64,000 nucleotides of DNA from Methanobacterium sp. (GTDB taxonomy: Archaea > Methanobacteriota > Methanobacteria > Methanobacteriales > Methanobacteriaceae). A program made the translations under genes and the position numbers. Position 1 is the first letter of the stretch; each line of letters begins with the position of its first letter. The DNA is taken from the NCBI RefSeq assembly GCF_016222945.1, contig NZ_JACRPY010000003.1. One strand, given 5' to 3'. The notes beneath the pieces were generated by a model that was not told the origin of the DNA, did not search any database, and worked only from the letters and a program-made list of their open reading frames with translations. Shown here piece after piece: positions 42,426 through 52,792 of this stretch.

Positions 42426-42647
42426 CTATTCAATAGCGGTACATTCCCAAGGTTGAGCTTCCGTATCAATTGTGGCGTATAACTCTTTTTCTGTGTCTTT
42501 TAATAAATCCTCACAACTAAATTTTAAATCTGCAGCTTTTTTAACAGAATATATTCTGCCTCTTGCACTTTTAACAATTACATCGCCCTCTCGACTTATA
42601 CCAATTACCAATTGATTTATTTCTTTTGCCATATTGTTCAACTCCAT
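42426..42647 (-). CDS. Small hypothetical protein
   Basis: 73-aa ORF. The more likely start is ATG 42632 (MAKEINQ..). Confidence 0.4.
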   Translation of the reverse strand: MELNNMAKEINQLVIGISREGDVIVKSARGRIYSVKKAADLKFSCEDLLKDTEKELYATIDTEAQPWECTAIE

Positions 42648-42839
42648 TAATTTAATTTTTTACCGATTCACTAAATCTAAGAATATATCTAAAACTAAAA
42701 TATTTTCAATCTATATTTATTATACTTCACATTATAAGTGTACTATTATTTTTTCAATTATGATATAGGACCATGTGGCCAAATATAGTTGAGTTAACGA
42801 AGAATAGCCCTACCTTTTCTTTGTAGGTCAAAGTTAATT

Positions 42840-43295
42840 CTATATATTTTCTCCTATTTTTTCAATTATTTTCTTTCTAACACTTTTTGGAACTTCTCTA
42901 ATTTTTATTGGCCTTGGCTCCATAGAACCAAAGTACTTATCTTCAAATATTAATCCTTGAAAATGGATCTTTTCCTTATAACGAGGTATTAAATGCCAAT
43001 GCATATGCGGATCTGGATTCTCAACAAGATAGTCAGCATTCATTAATGCACCCCAATTGAACATAACGGGTTTAAATGCACTTTCAAGTGAACATTCTAA
43101 CTTTTTGACTATTTTTCCAAAGTCAAGCCATTCTTCCTCTTTTAAACCTTTTAAAGTATCGCAACGTCTTTTTAGGGCAATTACACAAGTTCCTATGTTG
43201 CTTTGGTTTGGTGCAAGAAAGATAGTCCAGTAAAGTGACTCAAATATTAAATCACCGTAATTCCGGTTCTTTAAATCAGTATTATAACTATTCAT
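42840..43295 (-). CDS. HIT-family (histidine triad) protein
   Basis: HMHWHLIPRY histidine-triad motif near the C-terminal third. Confidence 0.7.
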   Translation of the reverse strand: MNSYNTDLKNRNYGDLIFESLYWTIFLAPNQSNIGTCVIALKRRCDTLKGLKEEEWLDFGKIVKKLECSLESAFKPVMFNWGALMNADYLVENPDPHMHWHLIPRYKEKIHFQGLIFEDKYFGSMEPRPIKIREVPKSVRKKIIEKIGENI

Positions 43296-43569
43296 ATGAT
43301 TTATCCTAAGAGTTTTATCTATTCAATTTCCTTATTCTCAAATTTAGTCCATTTAAACTTTTCCTATCACATGTAATCTCATATTTTTTAAATTTCCATA
43401 CAAGAAAAATAATCTATAAATCTTTTAATTGATTTTCTAAAATATAGCAACTATATAACTAAAAATAGTTGGGTTTAGCGAAATTCTAATTAAATGATTG
43501 AATAATATAAATCAAGCCATATTAATTAAATTAGGGCTTATTAAACCAATACACATATTTCTCTTTTAC

Positions 43570-43793
43570 TTAGTTAAGTATTAATGATAGCAAAAACTAA
43601 CTCTTTTTGAATACACACTTACAAACTAATTAATCTGAGTATAAATGGAGTTATTTTCACTTCAATTATCTTCTTTGAGGTGCGCCATTAAAGTGAATTC
43701 CATTTAAAACTGAACTATTTTATTAACTAAACATGAAGGAGCCTACAAAATTTACAATTTTGTGGCCCAAAAAATTCAAAGAATTTTTAGGAG
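43570..43793 (+). promoter_or_regulatory. Conserved adhesin-gene leader, copy 1 (contains palindrome ACAAAATT-TAC-AATTTTGT at 43745..43763)
   Basis: A near-identical sequence block recurs upstream of all three adhesin-like genes (48931..49096 and 52793..53094). Confidence 0.5.
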
Positions 43794-46700
43794 GTGAAAA
43801 ACATAAAAAAACAAACAACTACAAAAATTCTCATTTCTATTATCTTTATCATCGCTTCATTAACATTAATAGGTGCTGTTTCGGCAGCAGATACAAATTT
43901 AACTGATAATCCATCTGATTCTGTTTCTTCAGATGACCTTGCCTTTATAGAAATTTCAGGTCAAGTCAACCAATGTTCTAATGGAGAACCTTTCCCCGGA
44001 GCAACAGTAAAAGTCCATGATAATGGGACAGAGATTGCCAGTACCACCACAAATCCCGATGGGACTTACAATTTTAATTTCCAAAGCAAAAAGCGAGTTT
44101 TCACAGTAACAGCCAATGCCAACGGACACAAACCATCAACTCAGGAAGTTACGGTTGTTGAAAACTCCGATGGTACTTACACAGGAACATCAGATTTCAA
44201 ACTGGGAGCTAACGACGCCTACGTCTGGAATGGATGGGCTTCAGATCCTACTCATGATATTACTTTCTCTGATACTACCACAATTAATGGAAATGCACCT
44301 AATGCTCGAACTACTATACAAGCAGGTATAGATCACGCTGAACTTACTGGAAGCACAGTATACATAGCACCCAGCACTTACTATGAACACAACTTGGTTA
44401 TCGACAACCCAGTTACAATACACGGTGAAAACATGGGCTCAACCATAATTGACGGCCAAAATGGACGTATATTCTATATAACTGCTTCAAATGTCAATAT
44501 ACAACAACTAACACTTACCCATGGAAATGCTCTTGCCTATGGTGGAGCTATCCTCACGGTTAGTGGAACCGTAAACATATCTAATACCATTTTTGATCGT
44601 AACTATGTAACTAACTATGGCGGAGCTATCTACAACAATGGTGGAACATTAACCATATTAAACAGTGCATTTTATAGTAATGGCGCAGGTGACTTTGGTG
44701 GAGCAATCTGCAACAATGGTGGAACAGTAACCATACCAGGCAGCACATTCGACAGTAACACGGCACCAAATGGTGGTGGCGGAGCCATCTACAACACAGG
44801 AACATTAGACATAAACACCAGCACATTCCAAAATAACGAAGCATTTAGTGGTAATGGCGGAGCCATCTACAATGATGGAGGAACAGTAACCATAGGTACA
44901 GGCAGCACATTCACAGGCAACAGAGTAAATAATCCGGGTTATAGCGGTGGAGCTATCTACAACACTAATGACGGGAGGGTGTTCATATCAGGCACCACAT
45001 TCAACAGTAATTATGCACAACATGGTAATGGTGGAGCCATCTACAACAATGATGGAACCGTAAACATATTCGAAAGCAGCACTTTCGACCATAACGAAGT
45101 ATCTGATGGTTATGGTGGAGCCATCTACAATTCTAATAGTGGAGCAGTAAACATACTTGACTATGGTATAATCAATAGGTTCATCAATAACAGCGCAGGG
45201 ATTGGTGGAGCGATCGCCAATTTTGGAATGATAGATATATCCCACTCTGCATTCGGCGATATATCTGAGGGTAACACCGCAAATTATGGTGGAGCTATCT
45301 ACAATAGTGGAACCGTAAACATGTCAGGCAGCACATTCACTGATAACACCGTAAACATTGATGGTGGAGCTATCTACAACAATGTTGGTGGAACCGTAAA
45401 CATAGGTGCAGGCAGCACATTCACACACAACTCTGCAAATTATGATGGGGGAGCCATCTACAATGTTAATGGTGGAACCGTAGAGATATACAGCGGCACA
45501 TTCGACAATAACCACACAAATGGTGGTGATGGTGGAGCTATCTACAATACTGGAACTGCAAACATATACGACAGCACATTCACAGACAACCATGCATATC
45601 ATGATTTTGGTGATTGTTATGGTGGAGCTATCTTCAACACTAGAACGTTAAGAATAGACAGCAGCACATTCACAGGCAACAGGGCTTCATTCGATGGTGG
45701 TGGTGGAGCTATCTACAATGCCGGGACAGCAGACATATTTGGCGGCACCCTATTCGACGGTAACACCGCATCAAGTGGTTATGGTGGAGCAATCTACAAC
45801 ACTAGTATAATGAACATATCATGCGCAACATTCACAGGCAACAGGGCAGTAGATGAGTTTATGGGGTGGCAGCTTTGTTATGGTGGTGCCATTTATAATA
45901 ATGGTGGAAACATCCTAATATGGAATTCCCCTAATTCATTTAACGGTAACAGCGCAAGTGGTGGTGGTGGAGCCATCTACAACAATGGTGGAACAGTAAC
46001 TATATTCGGCGGCTGCGCATTCAACGGTAACGCCGCAACTGATCCTATATCCGGGTATGGTGGAGCCATCTACAACAATCGTGGAACAGTAAACATAAGA
46101 GGCACTAGCGCATTCAACGGTAACACCGCAACACGTGATGGTGGAGCAATCTACAACACTGTTGGTGGAAATATAGACTTTTCATGCGACGAACTCACAT
46201 TTATTAATAATAGAGCAACAACTACTTATGGGGGAGCCATCTACAATAATGGCGGAACTGTAACCATATCTAGCGATGCACTCGGCACTAAATTTGAGGG
46301 TAACACTGCAGGAACTAATGGTGGAGCTATCTACAACACTGTTGGTGGAATAGTAACCATTTCAGACACAACATTTACCAGTAACTCCGCATTGAATGGT
46401 GGGGCTATCAACAACAATGCAGGTGGAACAGTAACCCTATCTAACACCTCATTTATCAATAATGCTGCAACGACAGGTTATGCTGGGGCCATCTACAATA
46501 GTGGAACACTAAACATATCCGGCAGCAGCACATTCACAGGCAACACTTCATTCGGTGGTGATGGTGGAGCCATCTACAATACCGGAACCGTCGGAATATC
46601 TGGCAGTACATTCACAAACAACCATACAAATATTCCTTTAACAAATACAGGTGGCGGAGCTATCTACAACACCAGTAGTGGAACCGTAAACATATCAAGC

Positions 46701-48890
46701 TCCAATTTCACAAGTAACACGTCAGATGGTGATGGTGGAGCTATCCACAACACCGGTAGTGGAACCGTAAACATATCAAGCACCAATTTCACAAGTAACA
46801 CGTCAGATGGTTTTGGTGGGGCCATCTACAACACCGGTAGTGGAACCGTAAACATAACAGGTACCAACACTTTCACCAGTAGCTCATCATCACAAGGAGG
46901 AGCTATCTACAATAATGGCGGAACTGTAACCATATCCGGAACCACATTCAACAGTAACACTGCCACATTCGGTCCTGGTGGAGCTATCCACAACTCAGGG
47001 ACAGTGAACATAACAGGTACCAACACATTCACAGGTAACACTGCAATAAATAGTTATGGTGGAGCTATATACAATATGGGTGGAACTGTAACCATATCCG
47101 GCAGCAGCATTCTCACCGGTAACTCCGCAATAAATGGTGGAGCCATATATAATGATGTTGGAGCCGTTACCTTATCAGGCACCGCATTTAATGGTAACAC
47201 TGCGACAAGTTACGGTGGAGCTATCTACAACCATGCTGGAACACTAAACATATCTGGCATAAATTCATTCAACACCAACAGCGCAACAAGCGGTGGAGGA
47301 GCAATCTACAACACGGGCACAGTAACCCTAACAGGCACTAACACATTCGCCAGTAACGATGCATATGGTTATGGTGGGGCTATCAACAATGCTGGAACAC
47401 TAAACATATCAGGCACCAACACATTCAATGGTAACACTGCAAATGTGGGTGGAGCCATCTGCAATGATGGTGGATCTGTAACCATATCCGGAACCACATT
47501 CAACAGTAACGGCGCATGGATAGCTGGTGGAGCAATCTACAACCGTTCAGGAAGATTAGATATAACTGACAGCACATTCACCAACAACAATTCTTCAAAT
47601 GATTGGTTGATAGCTGTTGGTGGTGGAGCAATCTACAACGAGGCTGGAATTGTAACCATATCTGGTACCACTTTCACCGGTAACTATGCAGGTATTCATT
47701 CTGGCGGAGCTATCTACAACCATGCTGGAACAGTAACCATATCAAACGCCACATTTATTAATAATAGAGCAACGAATGTTGGTAATGGTGGGGCTGTTTT
47801 TACCGATGGAAATGGAGATATACAGATACATTTCAGCCGCATCTTAAACAACCCCGGAGTTGACATTTACAGCACTGGAACCAATGTTGATGCCACCAAA
47901 AATTGGTTTGGTGATAACTTTATAGGAACCAACCCTATAGCAGAAGGAAGAGCAACATCCAACATAATTGTGGATCCATGGGTTATTCTAACCGTTACTG
48001 CAAACCCAACAACCATTACCAATGGTGGAACATCCATTATTACAGCTGATTTCAACCACATCAACGGTGGTGGCGCACTTACAGGCGGACACATTCCCGA
48101 CGGGCCCATAACTTTAGGCATACCATGGGGAAGCTTCCAAAACCCAGCAATCACCCATTCAATCACAGCAAATACTGTAGACGGCGCAATAACAACAACA
48201 TTCTACTCCAATGAAGGACCAGTAAACCCATTATACAATCCAGTTAAGGTAACAGCAGCAGCAGATGGTTACACAACAGACACAGAATCTGCATTTATCA
48301 ACATCAACAAAGACGTAAAATTAACAGTTACCCAGACAGTTAATAAACCAAGGCCACATGTTGGAGATAAAGTCACATTCACAGTCAAAGTTCAAAACAA
48401 TGGGATAGACGCTGGAACAAACATCCAGATACGAGATATAATGCCATCTGGCTTTAATAACGTTGTAATAACTCCATCTAAAGGAACATATGACAATACT
48501 TCTGGAATCTGGACACTATACCTTTTAAGTGGTGAAACAGCAACTTTAACCCTCACCGGTGAAGTCACAGAAGCTCTAGTTGGTAAAACCACAACTAACA
48601 TTGCAACAATCCCCGGAACAACAAGCTCAGCAAGTTCAAGCATCTACGTACCTAAAGCAGGAACTATAACAGTACATGCAGCAACAGTAAACAAAAACAC
48701 AGCAAACGGACTGATAACACCCAAAGACATAACATCTAAAGTAACTCCAGATCCATACAAAGATACACCACAAGAAACACTTGGAAACTGGTTACTCTCA
48801 TACTGGTGGATAATACTAGCAATTCTGCTTCTAATAGCAGGCAGGCTACTCTGGTTCTTGTTAGCAGCTAAAAGAGAAACCGAAGAATAG
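43794..48890 (+). CDS. Giant adhesin-like surface protein with PMP-type (GGAIYN) beta-helix repeats, DUF11-like domain and C-terminal TM anchor
   Basis: 1698 aa. Signal peptide, dozens of ..GGAIYN..G.. repeats, ..VGDKVTFTVKVQNNG.. (DUF11-like), and terminal ..GNWLLSYWWIILAILLLIAGRLLWFLLAAKRETEE. The start codon is uncertain: GTG 43794 lies inside the SD, and the in-frame ATA at 43803 is an alternative. Confidence 0.85.
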   Translation: MKNIKKQTTTKILISIIFIIASLTLIGAVSAADTNLTDNPSDSVSSDDLAFIEISGQVNQCSNGEPFPGATVKVHDNGTEIASTTTNPDGTYNFNFQSKKRVFTVTANANGHKPSTQEVTVVENSDGTYTGTSDFKLGANDAYVWNGWASDPTHDITFSDTTTINGNAPNARTTIQAGIDHAELTGSTVYIAPSTYYEHNLVIDNPVTIHGENMGSTIIDGQNGRIFYITASNVNIQQLTLTHGNALAYGGAILTVSGTVNISNTIFDRNYVTNYGGAIYNNGGTLTILNSAFYSNGAGDFGGAICNNGGTVTIPGSTFDSNTAPNGGGGAIYNTGTLDINTSTFQNNEAFSGNGGAIYNDGGTVTIGTGSTFTGNRVNNPGYSGGAIYNTNDGRVFISGTTFNSNYAQHGNGGAIYNNDGTVNIFESSTFDHNEVSDGYGGAIYNSNSGAVNILDYGIINRFINNSAGIGGAIANFGMIDISHSAFGDISEGNTANYGGAIYNSGTVNMSGSTFTDNTVNIDGGAIYNNVGGTVNIGAGSTFTHNSANYDGGAIYNVNGGTVEIYSGTFDNNHTNGGDGGAIYNTGTANIYDSTFTDNHAYHDFGDCYGGAIFNTRTLRIDSSTFTGNRASFDGGGGAIYNAGTADIFGGTLFDGNTASSGYGGAIYNTSIMNISCATFTGNRAVDEFMGWQLCYGGAIYNNGGNILIWNSPNSFNGNSASGGGGAIYNNGGTVTIFGGCAFNGNAATDPISGYGGAIYNNRGTVNIRGTSAFNGNTATRDGGAIYNTVGGNIDFSCDELTFINNRATTTYGGAIYNNGGTVTISSDALGTKFEGNTAGTNGGAIYNTVGGIVTISDTTFTSNSALNGGAINNNAGGTVTLSNTSFINNAATTGYAGAIYNSGTLNISGSSTFTGNTSFGGDGGAIYNTGTVGISGSTFTNNHTNIPLTNTGGGAIYNTSSGTVNISSSNFTSNTSDGDGGAIHNTGSGTVNISSTNFTSNTSDGFGGAIYNTGSGTVNITGTNTFTSSSSSQGGAIYNNGGTVTISGTTFNSNTATFGPGGAIHNSGTVNITGTNTFTGNTAINSYGGAIYNMGGTVTISGSSILTGNSAINGGAIYNDVGAVTLSGTAFNGNTATSYGGAIYNHAGTLNISGINSFNTNSATSGGGAIYNTGTVTLTGTNTFASNDAYGYGGAINNAGTLNISGTNTFNGNTANVGGAICNDGGSVTISGTTFNSNGAWIAGGAIYNRSGRLDITDSTFTNNNSSNDWLIAVGGGAIYNEAGIVTISGTTFTGNYAGIHSGGAIYNHAGTVTISNATFINNRATNVGNGGAVFTDGNGDIQIHFSRILNNPGVDIYSTGTNVDATKNWFGDNFIGTNPIAEGRATSNIIVDPWVILTVTANPTTITNGGTSIITADFNHINGGGALTGGHIPDGPITLGIPWGSFQNPAITHSITANTVDGAITTTFYSNEGPVNPLYNPVKVTAAADGYTTDTESAFININKDVKLTVTQTVNKPRPHVGDKVTFTVKVQNNGIDAGTNIQIRDIMPSGFNNVVITPSKGTYDNTSGIWTLYLLSGETATLTLTGEVTEALVGKTTTNIATIPGTTSSASSSIYVPKAGTITVHAATVNKNTANGLITPKDITSKVTPDPYKDTPQETLGNWLLSYWWIILAILLLIAGRLLWFLLAAKRETEE

Positions 48891-48930
48891 ATAAAATTCT
48901 TCCTCAATTTTTTTATTTTTTTTATTAATC

Positions 48931-49096
48931 TAGTTAAGTATTAATGATAGCAAAAACTAACTCTTTTTGAATAACACACTTACAAACTAATTAAACTAAA
49001 TTCCATTTAAAACTGAAATATTTTATTAACTAAACATAAAGGAGCCTACAAAATTTACAATTTTGTGGCCCAAAAAATTCAAAGAATTTTTAGGAG
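48931..49096 (+). promoter_or_regulatory. Conserved adhesin-gene leader, copy 2 (palindrome at 49048..49066)
   Basis: Matches copy 1 closely but lacks the roughly 60-nt internal segment present in copies 1 and 3. Confidence 0.5.
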
Positions 49097-52000
49097 GTGA
49101 AAAAGATAAAAAACCAAGTAATTACAATTAAAACTAACTTTTTAATTTTACCACTCCTTTTAAGCTTAACAATACTGTTTTGCGCAAGTAGTGTTTCTGC
49201 TGCAGATGGTGATATAATTTACGTGAATAACAACATCGGGGATGACTCATATGACGGTTTTAATTCAATATACGACCCCATAACCAATCACGGGCCAAAA
49301 TTATCCATTAAAAACGCAACAGGAACCGTAAACACAGATGGAACAGTTCAATTAGCTGATGGAGGATACACTGGAGTAAACAACACTGGAATCACAATTG
49401 ACAGGAGCATGAAAATCATTGGCGAAAGCCAGAGTGGAACTGTAATTAATGCCCAAAGATTAGGCCGTATATTCAGGATTGAACCTGGAATCACAGTCAC
49501 CCTGGAAAACATAACACTTGCAAACGGAGAGTCATCACGTGGCGGGCAAATCTGGAATAGAGGTACCTTAAACTTAATCAACTGCACACTCACAGGAGGA
49601 CGGGCAGATGGAGGCGGATCCATCCAAAATACAGGTGTTCTAAATGTCACCGACTGCACATTCACTGGAAACGACGCTGCAAAATATAGAGATGGAGGAG
49701 ACTATAAGGGTGGAGCTATCCTCAATTATGGAACATTAATCATCAATAACAGCACATTCACCGGTAATTACGCATGTTATGGTGGAGCTATCGAAAACTA
49801 CTGTACTTTTGGCACTACAACTGCTGATATAACTAACTGCACATTCACCGGTAACTACCTCTACTTAAGAACACCTACATTTGATTTTGGTGGTGGTGGT
49901 GAGGGTGGTGCCATCTACAATCATTGCAATTACGGCACTATCAATGTTAATTTAACCAACTGCACATTCACCCGTAATGAAGCATTATGTGGTGGAGCCA
50001 TCTGTAGCTTTAGTGAACATAGTGGTAGCACTATAAATCTTAACCTAAATAACTGCACATTCACAGATAACCGTGTAGGATTTGATTCGGATGGATTGGG
50101 AGGTCTTGGTGGAGCCATCAAAAATACTGCCCGTCAAGACGGTACTGCCACTTTAACTGTAATTAACAGTACATTCACCGGTACATCCATAGAATACAGC
50201 GCATTATATGGTGGAGCTATATTCAATTCAGGTGTAGATGGTGGAAATGCCCCTCTTACTGTAATTGGAAGCACGTTCAAAGACAACAAAGTTACATTTT
50301 TTGACCTTATAGGGGCAGGTGGCTTAGGTGGAGCAATATGCAATGAAGCTGATTATAGCGGTATTGCCAATATGGATATAACTGACAGCACATTCACAGG
50401 TAACTACGCAAGTTATGGTGGTGGGGCTATCTTTACCCATGCACTTGAGTTAGGCACCTCCATTGCCCATGTGAATTTCAACAGGTTCTTTGGTAATACC
50501 TTAGACCCTACATACGGTCATGGTACAACAATTTGTAAAGGCACCTACGGTACAGTCGATGCAGATAATAATTGGTGGGGAACTAACACTCCTGATTTCA
50601 GCCAGTTACTATATCAAATACCAGATCCTGATTCCTGGCTGGTGATGAACGCCATAGCAAACCCCCTATCAATTCAAGTGGGAGACACATCAACCGTAAC
50701 AGCAACTATAGAATCTTACAACAAAAATTCTGGCCTATATAGTCCTGTAGTGCATTGTGCGCCAATACCTGCAATTTTTACAGCAACTCTCGGAAATATG
50801 GATCCTGAATCCACATTAATAATACCTAACCTAGGTATTGATCAGGTTAAATCCATATTCACATCAACCCAGCAAGGTACAGCAGCTCTTACTGCAAAAG
50901 TTGATGATGAAACCGTTGCATTTTCAATACAAGCTGACATCACCCCAACAACCCTAACAGTAGGTGATGTAGTGGGTTGTTATGGTAACACTGCAACTTT
51001 TACCGCCATATTAAAAAATGATTTAGGCCAACCCGTAGTTGGTGAAGAAGTCAATTTCTCGGTAGATTTGGGTTATATAGGACACGGCACTACCGATAAT
51101 ACAGGGACAGCAACCCTAAACTATCCACTTAACTTCGGCATCGGCCATCACGCCATTACAGCAGTCTTCCATGATGACATCTACAAATACTTACCCAGCG
51201 GAGGAACAGGGAATCTAATTGTAAATATAAACCCTACAACAACTACTGTTGATAATGTACACAATTTCGCAGGTCAAAATGTGAATTTAGTGGCCCATGT
51301 AGTTGACAGCGAAAGTAAAGCAGTAAACAGTGGGCAGGTTAGATTCACTGTGGGCAGTGCTACTCCCATAGTTGCCAATGTTGTTGGCGGCTTAGCTACA
51401 GTTACTGGTTGGACTATTCCATCTGACTGGCTTCCAGGAACTTACAACATAGTTGCTGAATACCTTGGAAACACCAACTACACTGCATCAACCAATACAG
51501 GTGTTCTGACTGTGGATCAGACCCCTACTAACGTTGTTGTAGATAATACACACAACTTCGCAGGTCAAAATGTGAATTTGGTTGCTCATGTGACTAGTCC
51601 TTATGGTTCAGTTAACGAGGGACTGGTTAGGTTCACTGTAATCGGCCCTGATGATATCTCTGTTCCTGTAGGAGACATAAACGTTGCTAGCGGAGTAGCT
51701 TCCACCACTTGGACAATTCAGTCTGCTTGGAACACTGGAAACCATAGATTATACGCTGAATACCTTGGATCCCCCGTCTACCTTGGATCACTTAATTCAG
51801 GAACTCTAACTGTGGATAGGACTCCTACTACTTTAACTGTAAGCGATATAACCAGTGATAAAGGTATTAATGTAGATTTGAAGGCTACTTTGCTTGATTA
51901 CTATGGTAATCCTGTTTCTGGTAAATCTGTTACCTTTAAAGTGAATGGTGTGGATGTTCCGGGTTCTGCAATTACAGGTGCTGATGGTGTGGCTACAATG

Positions 52001-52690
52001 CCGTATACCATTAATCTTGTGGGTGGAACCTATAACATAGAAGCGACATTTGCTGATACAGACACTCAATATATCGGTTCTACTGGAACTGGCTCACTTA
52101 AAGTACCACAATCAAGCGTTTTCGTTAAAACCACAGTAAGCAACACTAACCCTATAGTAGGTCAAACAGTAACCATAACATTCAAATTAGGAAATAACGG
52201 ACCTGATGCAGCCAAAAATATAGTGTTTACTTATGTTTTACCTGCAGAAATGGAATTAGCGAACCTCAGCGGTGACAACAACTACTCATACGACCCAGCG
52301 ACTCGAACCATAACCTGGAAGATTGATGAAGTGCCAGCAGGCACTGATCCTTGGCTCTACGCCAATGTGAGGTTCTTAAACGCAGGAAACTTCAACATCA
52401 AACCAACCATAAACCTGGCAACATACGACCCAAACATAAACAGCAACATACAATCTGTAGTAATTAACGCAAAAGCTGTTCCTGTAAGAGTTAACGCAGC
52501 AACAGTAACAGGAAACGGGCGGACTGTAACATCTGGAGCCGCTCCATATTCCCCAGGAACCACACCTGAAGGAACATCTGGAAACTGGTTATTATCCTAC
52601 TGGTGGATAATACTACTACTGCTTCTGATAATCTTTGGAGCGTTGATATGGTTCCTATTAGCAACTAAACAAGGAGAAACTGAGGGATAA
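49097..52690 (+). CDS. Adhesin-like surface protein: PMP-type repeats, tandem Ig-like (Big) domains, DUF11-like domain, C-terminal TM anchor
   Basis: 1197 aa. Signal peptide, CTFTGN../GGAI.N repeats, repeated roughly 95-aa Ig-like modules (..HNFAGQNVNLVAHV.. twice), ..VGQTVTITFKLGNNGPD.., and terminal ..GNWLLSYWWIILLLLLIIFGALIWFLLATK... Confidence 0.85.
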   Translation: MKKIKNQVITIKTNFLILPLLLSLTILFCASSVSAADGDIIYVNNNIGDDSYDGFNSIYDPITNHGPKLSIKNATGTVNTDGTVQLADGGYTGVNNTGITIDRSMKIIGESQSGTVINAQRLGRIFRIEPGITVTLENITLANGESSRGGQIWNRGTLNLINCTLTGGRADGGGSIQNTGVLNVTDCTFTGNDAAKYRDGGDYKGGAILNYGTLIINNSTFTGNYACYGGAIENYCTFGTTTADITNCTFTGNYLYLRTPTFDFGGGGEGGAIYNHCNYGTINVNLTNCTFTRNEALCGGAICSFSEHSGSTINLNLNNCTFTDNRVGFDSDGLGGLGGAIKNTARQDGTATLTVINSTFTGTSIEYSALYGGAIFNSGVDGGNAPLTVIGSTFKDNKVTFFDLIGAGGLGGAICNEADYSGIANMDITDSTFTGNYASYGGGAIFTHALELGTSIAHVNFNRFFGNTLDPTYGHGTTICKGTYGTVDADNNWWGTNTPDFSQLLYQIPDPDSWLVMNAIANPLSIQVGDTSTVTATIESYNKNSGLYSPVVHCAPIPAIFTATLGNMDPESTLIIPNLGIDQVKSIFTSTQQGTAALTAKVDDETVAFSIQADITPTTLTVGDVVGCYGNTATFTAILKNDLGQPVVGEEVNFSVDLGYIGHGTTDNTGTATLNYPLNFGIGHHAITAVFHDDIYKYLPSGGTGNLIVNINPTTTTVDNVHNFAGQNVNLVAHVVDSESKAVNSGQVRFTVGSATPIVANVVGGLATVTGWTIPSDWLPGTYNIVAEYLGNTNYTASTNTGVLTVDQTPTNVVVDNTHNFAGQNVNLVAHVTSPYGSVNEGLVRFTVIGPDDISVPVGDINVASGVASTTWTIQSAWNTGNHRLYAEYLGSPVYLGSLNSGTLTVDRTPTTLTVSDITSDKGINVDLKATLLDYYGNPVSGKSVTFKVNGVDVPGSAITGADGVATMPYTINLVGGTYNIEATFADTDTQYIGSTGTGSLKVPQSSVFVKTTVSNTNPIVGQTVTITFKLGNNGPDAAKNIVFTYVLPAEMELANLSGDNNYSYDPATRTITWKIDEVPAGTDPWLYANVRFLNAGNFNIKPTINLATYDPNINSNIQSVVINAKAVPVRVNAATVTGNGRTVTSGAAPYSPGTTPEGTSGNWLLSYWWIILLLLLIIFGALIWFLLATKQGETEG

Positions 52691-52792
52691 GTAAATTCTT
52701 CCCCATTTTTTACTTTTTTTAAATTTTCTATAAATTTATTGAATATTCATCACTTTTTTATGTTTTCTGATTGTTTTTAGGAAATATTATAT

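Noticed and set aside
43733-43793. An upstream ORF starting at ATG 43733 (MKEPTKFTILWPKKF..) in adhesin leader 1.
   Set aside because: The ATG is replaced by ATA in leader copy 2 (..AACATAAAGGAGCC..), so the uORF is not conserved. The conserved feature is the palindrome, not the reading frame.
46653-46860. The regularly spaced direct repeats as a CRISPR array.
   Set aside because: The repeats are contiguous 81-nt coding units within a long ORF, with no unique spacers. No CRISPR-like repeat-spacer structure or cas gene was seen anywhere in the window.
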